Shown here in pieces: positions 32,605 to 37,086 of a DNA stretch of 37,086 nucleotides; position 1 is the first letter of the stretch; every line of letters begins with the position of its first letter. The stretch covers positions 1-37,086 of IMG/VR virus record IMGVR_UViG_3300046832_000575; one strand, written 5' to 3'. Position numbers and translations under genes: made by a program. Under the pieces are notes generated by a model. It had not been told where the DNA came from, did no database searches, and saw only the letters and a program-made list of their open reading frames with translations. The DNA comes from a virus. Lineage: Duplodnaviria > Caudoviricetes.

Positions 32605-33807
32605 ATGCCAATTGATCCAAGCATTATCGGCAACGTCATGGCCCCGCAAGCGGTGCAGATGCCGGACGTGAATGCCATGATGCGGACCCAGACACAGGGC
32701 ATGGAGAACATTTACCAGATTGAAGCCGCGCGGGAAGCGCAGGCGGCAGAACAGGCGAAGGCGCAGGAAGACGCCGCCGTCAAGGCACTGCTCCCGGCCT
32801 ACGCGCATGCGTTCAAGACGGGCGACCTGAGAACCGCGCTCAGTCTTGCGCCGGCGGAATATCAAGACGGTCTGCTTCCGTACGTTGAGGCTTTGGATGG
32901 CAAGCCGATAGAAGAAATTCAGGCGGCGTTGATTGGTTCTTTGTCATCTAGCCCCGCAGGGCAAGAAGCGCTGTCCGCTATTCAGCGCGGGCAGACATTT
33001 AGTGTTCAGTCTCGGCAGCAAGATTTGGCGGAAAAGAAATTTGCGGCCGAAGCGGCTGGTGGCGGTACGCCTGACTACGAAAAGATTGTGCTACAAGATG
33101 GTACCTTGGGTCTTTTGGATAAAAAGACTGCGCGTATTATCCGGCCTACAATGGAAGGCGGAATTGGTACAGAACTGCCGTCTAGCGAAACTGCCGGTGA
33201 GCCTATCAAAATCCAAACTGAAGAGACAAAACAACAAGCTAAAGAACAGGTTAAGTTAGACGCAGCATTTCCAAAAGCGTCTAAGGCGGTTAAAGCAACT
33301 GTTACGTCGCTTGACCAAGATATAGCAGACGTCAAAATGTTGCTAAAAGATCGTAAAGGGCTAGCGGCTATAACTGGCACTTACAATGCTATGACGCCGG
33401 ATATAATGGCCGACGCTACGCGTGCGGCTGCGCTGTACGATAAAATAACGGCTGGCGCAGGTTTTACAGCCCTCGGCGACTTAAAAGCGGCGTCTCCAAC
33501 AGGCGGCGCGTTGGGCGCCGTGTCAGATGATGAAGGGCGTAGACTTAGGGCTAGCGTTGCTACATTTTCGCGTAAGCAAACCACGCCTGATTTTGTTGAC
33601 GGACTTGAGCGCTATCTTGTCGATCTTGAGATGTCGCGCGAAAACGTATTATCTGCGTTTGACGAAACGTATAGTTATCGAGAAGATGCAGACGCCGCGT
33701 CTATTGCGCAAGACCTTCAAACGCAACGCAGTCGTCTTGAGCAAGAAATTTCGCCGCCAACTCTTCCCTCACCACCGCCAGGCGTAACGGTTAAAAGGAG
33801 GGGTTAG
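32605..33807 (+). CDS. Putative ejection (internal virion) protein
   Basis: Helical; GGALGAVSD.EG..L motif; position in the ejection cluster. Confidence 0.65.
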   Translation: MPIDPSIIGNVMAPQAVQMPDVNAMMRTQTQGMENIYQIEAAREAQAAEQAKAQEDAAVKALLPAYAHAFKTGDLRTALSLAPAEYQDGLLPYVEALDGKPIEEIQAALIGSLSSSPAGQEALSAIQRGQTFSVQSRQQDLAEKKFAAEAAGGGTPDYEKIVLQDGTLGLLDKKTARIIRPTMEGGIGTELPSSETAGEPIKIQTEETKQQAKEQVKLDAAFPKASKAVKATVTSLDQDIADVKMLLKDRKGLAAITGTYNAMTPDIMADATRAAALYDKITAGAGFTALGDLKAASPTGGALGAVSDDEGRRLRASVATFSRKQTTPDFVDGLERYLVDLEMSRENVLSAFDETYSYREDADAASIAQDLQTQRSRLEQEISPPTLPSPPPGVTVKRRG

Positions 33808-33808
33808 A

Positions 33809-35509
33809 ATGGCCTCGTTTACGGTAACGTTACCTAATGGGTCAGCTTATGATGTAGATGGTCTGCCGGATGACGCAACGGAAAACGATGCGTTAGCCGC
33901 TGTACTAGCGCAACACCCTGAAGCCCTTGACGCTGACAACAGCCTTCAGCAATGGTTTGGTGTGGCGACGCGCGCGTTGTTGCCTTACGCGGCGGCGGCT
34001 GGCGCGGGCGCCGCTGCGGGCGCACCGTTTGCTGGCGTTGGCGCAGTGCCTGGCGCTGCGGCAGGCGTGCTGGCGTTAGGCGCTGGCGACATTGGCACGG
34101 GCGTATACAATCTTGCCGCCGCGCCGTTTGGCGCGCCGCGCATGGCGTTGCCGTCAGAAACTATCCGGCAGGCGTATGAGGGCGCAGGACTTCCCGGCAC
34201 GCGCGAGCCTGTAACACCTGAGCAGCGCATATTTAGTGCGGGTCTTGAGGCCGCTACGGGCGCTGGCGGAACGGCAAGAGCGTTAACCGCGCTTGCACCG
34301 ACACTACGCGCAGGCACTACTGCGCGCGGCGTAGCTACTGAACTTGGCCGCGGCGCAAGAGCCCAGGCCGCTGGCGGCGCTGGGGCGGGCGGTTTGACCC
34401 AGACCGCTGTAGAAAGCGGTGAAACCGACCCCATCAAGCTGTTTTTAATATCGTTGGCAGGCGGCGTTGGCGGCACGTTGGCCGGTGGACGGACGCCGAG
34501 GCCTACAATAACTGGTGCTGATGTCCGCGAACAAGCCCGCCAGTTTTATCAGCGGATGGAACAGGAAGGTGTGTTCTTCTCTGGCCAAGCCGCAGACGAT
34601 TTGGCTAACCGTTTGGAAGATACGCTTCGGCGGCAAGCCGCGCAAATCAACCGACCGGATCGTAATGAAGTATTGCAGGTTATTCGCGACTTGCGCAACC
34701 GCCCATATAACGAATTGTCGTTCGAAGAATTGGAAGCGTTGCGCGGGCGTTTAGGCGATGTCGGGCGTAGCCGCGACACAGGCTTAATTGTCCGGGCGCA
34801 AGCAAATCGACTTGCTGGACTTGTTCAGGACGAACTGGACAACTTTGTATCCAACGCTGGCCCTGCGCAAGTTACGGCAGGTGACCCGCAGGTTGCGGCT
34901 AATGCAGTTAGGCAGGCGCGCCGTCAATGGCAAAACGCGCGTAAAGGCGAGATTTTAGAGCAAGTTTTAAAAAAAACTGAACGTAGCGGAAGTACGCGGC
35001 CTAAGATAGAAGAGTTGCAAAAGCGATTAGAACCGATTGTCACTGATGATCGGCGTATGGCTAAATTTACGACCGCCGAACAAGAAGTTCTGCGCAGTTT
35101 GCAACGCGGCAGCCCTGCAGAAACAGTGCTTAGCGGAATAGGTCAGTTGGCGCCGGATTTAAGAACTGGCTTGGGTGTTACAAAAGCGGCTGGCTATTTA
35201 GGTGCTATCCCGGCCGCTGCTACTTTTGTTGACCCGTCTGTTGCCGTAACCACGGGTATGATTGGCGGCGCGGCGCTTGCGTCGCGTGCCATGGCTAACC
35301 GCTTGGCTTTGCGCCGTGCTAGTGACGTAGCAGAAAACGTGTTGTCTGGTCGTCCTCCGGCCACAAGAACAGAAAACGCTTTGCGCGCAACGGGGCGCGG
35401 CGCGGCGTATGTTCCGCCGGTTGTATTGGGCTCACAGGCCGTCAATAACGCATTTTTGACTGATGCGTATGGGAACCAATACGACGCTCAAGGCAACATG
35501 TTGAGGTGA
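33809..35509 (+). CDS. Putative ejection (internal virion) protein
   Basis: Gly/Ala-rich TM-like segments; last structural gene before lysis. Confidence 0.65.
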   Translation: MASFTVTLPNGSAYDVDGLPDDATENDALAAVLAQHPEALDADNSLQQWFGVATRALLPYAAAAGAGAAAGAPFAGVGAVPGAAAGVLALGAGDIGTGVYNLAAAPFGAPRMALPSETIRQAYEGAGLPGTREPVTPEQRIFSAGLEAATGAGGTARALTALAPTLRAGTTARGVATELGRGARAQAAGGAGAGGLTQTAVESGETDPIKLFLISLAGGVGGTLAGGRTPRPTITGADVREQARQFYQRMEQEGVFFSGQAADDLANRLEDTLRRQAAQINRPDRNEVLQVIRDLRNRPYNELSFEELEALRGRLGDVGRSRDTGLIVRAQANRLAGLVQDELDNFVSNAGPAQVTAGDPQVAANAVRQARRQWQNARKGEILEQVLKKTERSGSTRPKIEELQKRLEPIVTDDRRMAKFTTAEQEVLRSLQRGSPAETVLSGIGQLAPDLRTGLGVTKAAGYLGAIPAAATFVDPSVAVTTGMIGGAALASRAMANRLALRRASDVAENVLSGRPPATRTENALRATGRGAAYVPPVVLGSQAVNNAFLTDAYGNQYDAQGNMLR

Positions 35510-35513
35510 CACG

Positions 35514-35771
35514 GTGGACTATCAGGTGTTGTTCAACCTCGCAGTAGGGGCTGTCAGTGTTACGGGAGGGTGGGTCTTGAGCAGGGTCTATCACAGTCTG
35601 GACCGTCTCGACGAAGACGTGCGGAAGATCCCGCTGAACTACGTCCAGAAGGACGACTTCAAGTCGGCCGTCGCGGACATCAAGAACGACATCCGTACCG
35701 GCTTCGCCCAGGTGGACCGCACGCTGAACAGCCTCTTCGACCGCGTCAACGAGAAGGCCGACAAGTCGTGA
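35514..35771 (+). CDS. Membrane-anchored coiled-coil protein (holin-like)
   Basis: N-terminal TM, YV.KDDF, LD..KADK-like end; GAGG RBS; precedes the endolysin. Confidence 0.65.
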   Translation: MDYQVLFNLAVGAVSVTGGWVLSRVYHSLDRLDEDVRKIPLNYVQKDDFKSAVADIKNDIRTGFAQVDRTLNSLFDRVNEKADKS

Positions 35772-36214
35772 AAGTCAACGCCGCAGGTCTGGACTTGATC
35801 AAGAGCTTTGAGGGCCTTCGCCTGAAAGCGTACAAGTGCAGCGCGGGCGTGGACACCATCGGCTACGGCCACACGTCGGCTGCCGGTGCCCCCGTCGTCA
35901 AGGCGGGCATGAAGATCACCGAGCAAGAAGCCGAAGACATCCTGAAGCGCGACCTGACCCAGTACGAGCAGGCGGTCGATAAGGCCGTCACCGTCAAGCC
36001 GACGCCCAACCAGTTCTCCGCAATGGTCAGCCTCTGCTACAACATCGGCCCCGGCAACTTTGCGGGCTCGTCGGTTGTGCGGCGCCTGAACGCAGGCGAC
36101 GTCAAGGGTGCTGCCGAAGCGTTCCTGTTGTGGAACAAGGTTCATGGTCGCGCGTTGGCGGGGCTGACCCGCCGCCGTGAGGCTGAACGAAAACTTTTCT
36201 TAACCCCGGAGTGA
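35768..36214 (+). CDS. Endolysin, GH24 lysozyme
   Basis: LIKSFEGLRLKAYKCSAGVDTIGYGHT, NQFSAMVSLCYNIG, GLTRRREAE. GTG start at 35768 overlaps the upstream stop. Confidence 0.93.
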   Translation: MKVNAAGLDLIKSFEGLRLKAYKCSAGVDTIGYGHTSAAGAPVVKAGMKITEQEAEDILKRDLTQYEQAVDKAVTVKPTPNQFSAMVSLCYNIGPGNFAGSSVVRRLNAGDVKGAAEAFLLWNKVHGRALAGLTRRREAERKLFLTPE

Positions 36215-36396
36215 ATAACATGACTGCACATAAGGCCGTAGCTGCCTTCATCACCAGCCTGGTTGCCCTCATCGGCCTGTTCGGCATCTCGACCGGCTGG
36301 GTGACGCCCAGCCTGATCGACAGCGTGTCGGTCATCCTTGGCGCGGTCCTGACCGCCGTCGTCACCTACATGGTCCCGAACCAGCCCAAGGCATGA
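36211..36396 (+). CDS. Putative holin (2 TM)
   Basis: Two hydrophobic helices, ends TYMVPN; follows the endolysin. Confidence 0.65.
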   Translation: MNNMTAHKAVAAFITSLVALIGLFGISTGWVTPSLIDSVSVILGAVLTAVVTYMVPNQPKA

Positions 36397-36620
36397 CCTG
36401 GCTGGAGATTGCCGCTATCGCCGCGCTGCTGGTCGGCGTCGGCGCTGGCGGCTATCTGGTGGCGCAACGGCCGACCTTCTGGGTCGGTCTGGGCGCCGCC
36501 GTGTTCAAGAGCCTTCTTCCTCATCTGGCCAAACGCATGACAGCGGAAGAAGAGAAGGCGTATCAGGACTGCGTTCGCCGGGGTGGCGAGTGGGACCCGC
36601 TCCGCAAGCGATGTCGATGA
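36393..36620 (+). CDS. Membrane protein, possible lysis accessory
   Basis: N-terminal TM; C-terminal Cys pair; ATGA coupling. Confidence 0.55.
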   Translation: MTWLEIAAIAALLVGVGAGGYLVAQRPTFWVGLGAAVFKSLLPHLAKRMTAEEEKAYQDCVRRGGEWDPLRKRCR

Positions 36621-36705
36621 TCAGCCCGACCCACTCCTCGTAAGAGTTTGGCCCCACGTCCTTGACGTGCTGGATGGCGGCCTCGATCAGCGCGGCGCGG
36701 TTCAC
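36505..36705 (-). CDS. Hypothetical protein
   Basis: GTGA-coupled start (MNRAALIEAAIQHVKD...); its 3' end overlaps the convergent lysis gene. Confidence 0.4.
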   Translation of the reverse strand: MNRAALIEAAIQHVKDVGPNSYEEWVGLIIDIACGAGPTRHPGERSPDTPSLLPLSCVWPDEEEGS

Positions 36706-36785
36706 CACAACCACCAGATGACGGCGACAATACCTGCGACCGTTCCAGCCATCGCAGCAAACAGCATCAGGAAGAACTGCGTCAT
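36702..36785 (-). CDS. 27-aa membrane peptide
   Basis: MTQFFLMLFAAMAGTVAGIVAVIWWLW; ATGA/GTGA coupled on both sides. Confidence 0.55.
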   Translation of the reverse strand: MTQFFLMLFAAMAGTVAGIVAVIWWLW

Positions 36786-36964
36786 GCCTTCACCTTCTCC
36801 AACAGTTCCTGACGCTCCCGCTGCGCCCGCAGCATGGTGTAGCGCTGGTGGATGCGGACCACAAAGGTGGGCCGCTTGTGGACCTTGACCTCTTCATCCA
36901 ACATTGCCAGCACCTGCTGTTCGTTGCGCTTGGGCAGCACGGCATTCAATGTAAACCAGTTCAC
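36782..36964 (-). CDS. Hypothetical protein (60 aa)
   Basis: GAGGAG RBS; GTG overlaps the helicase stop; RIHQRYTMLRAQRER motif. Confidence 0.7.
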   Translation of the reverse strand: MNWFTLNAVLPKRNEQQVLAMLDEEVKVHKRPTFVVRIHQRYTMLRAQRERQELLEKVKA

Positions 36965-37086
36965 CCCTTTAACTCCTCTAAAGCTATGTCGGAAATCGCG
37001 CGCTTGTCCGCCAGGGCGGCCCAGATGCGCTCGTCTATCGTCTTGTTGGTCAGCATCACGTAGACCCACACGTCCTTCTCTTGGCC
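36961..37086 (-). CDS. SNF2 helicase, C-terminal end (continuation of 1..661)
   Basis: GQEKDVWVYVMLTNKTIDERIWAALADKRAISDIALEELKG*, the typical post-motif-VI tail (GQ...V.V......TIDE.I). Confidence 0.85.
   Translation of the reverse strand, partial: GQEKDVWVYVMLTNKTIDERIWAALADKRAISDIALEELKG

Noticed and set aside
35570-35767. N-terminal extension of the endolysin
   Set aside because: It overlaps the upstream gene in another frame; GTG 35768 gives a canonical lysozyme start.

Overview
The window is almost the whole genome of a GC-rich, P22-like short-tailed (podovirus-type) phage. An alphaproteobacterial host is inferred only from promoter style and gene content. The sequence is opened inside an SNF2 helicase gene: the N-terminus is at 1-661 and the C-terminus at 36961-37086, with the middle missing. 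Gene order: (-) SNF2 helicase, C5 DNA methyltransferase, VRR-NUC; (+) Cas4-like nuclease, putative SSB, family A DNA polymerase, HNH-AP2 endonuclease, primase-helicase; (-) many small early genes, including a DnaA domain-IV protein; a candidate origin; (+) terminase, a run of small basic proteins, portal, scaffold, capsid, tail, ejection proteins and lysis genes. I found no integrase, tRNA or CRISPR array. Four things stand out. (1) The major capsid gene is split by a 735-nt group IA2-type intron carrying an HNH homing endonuclease in the P8 loop. (2) A second, free-standing HNH follows the capsid gene with its RBS buried in a hairpin, and host-gene sequence next to all three HNH genes looks recoded. 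(3) The methyltransferase is an overlapping two-frame (alpha/beta, M.EcoHK31I-like) gene pair, and a single G9 tract frameshifts both frames at once, a possible phase-variable switch. (4) An array of Lys/Arg-rich micro-genes lies between terL and portal, one of them bracketed by an exact 18-bp direct repeat.
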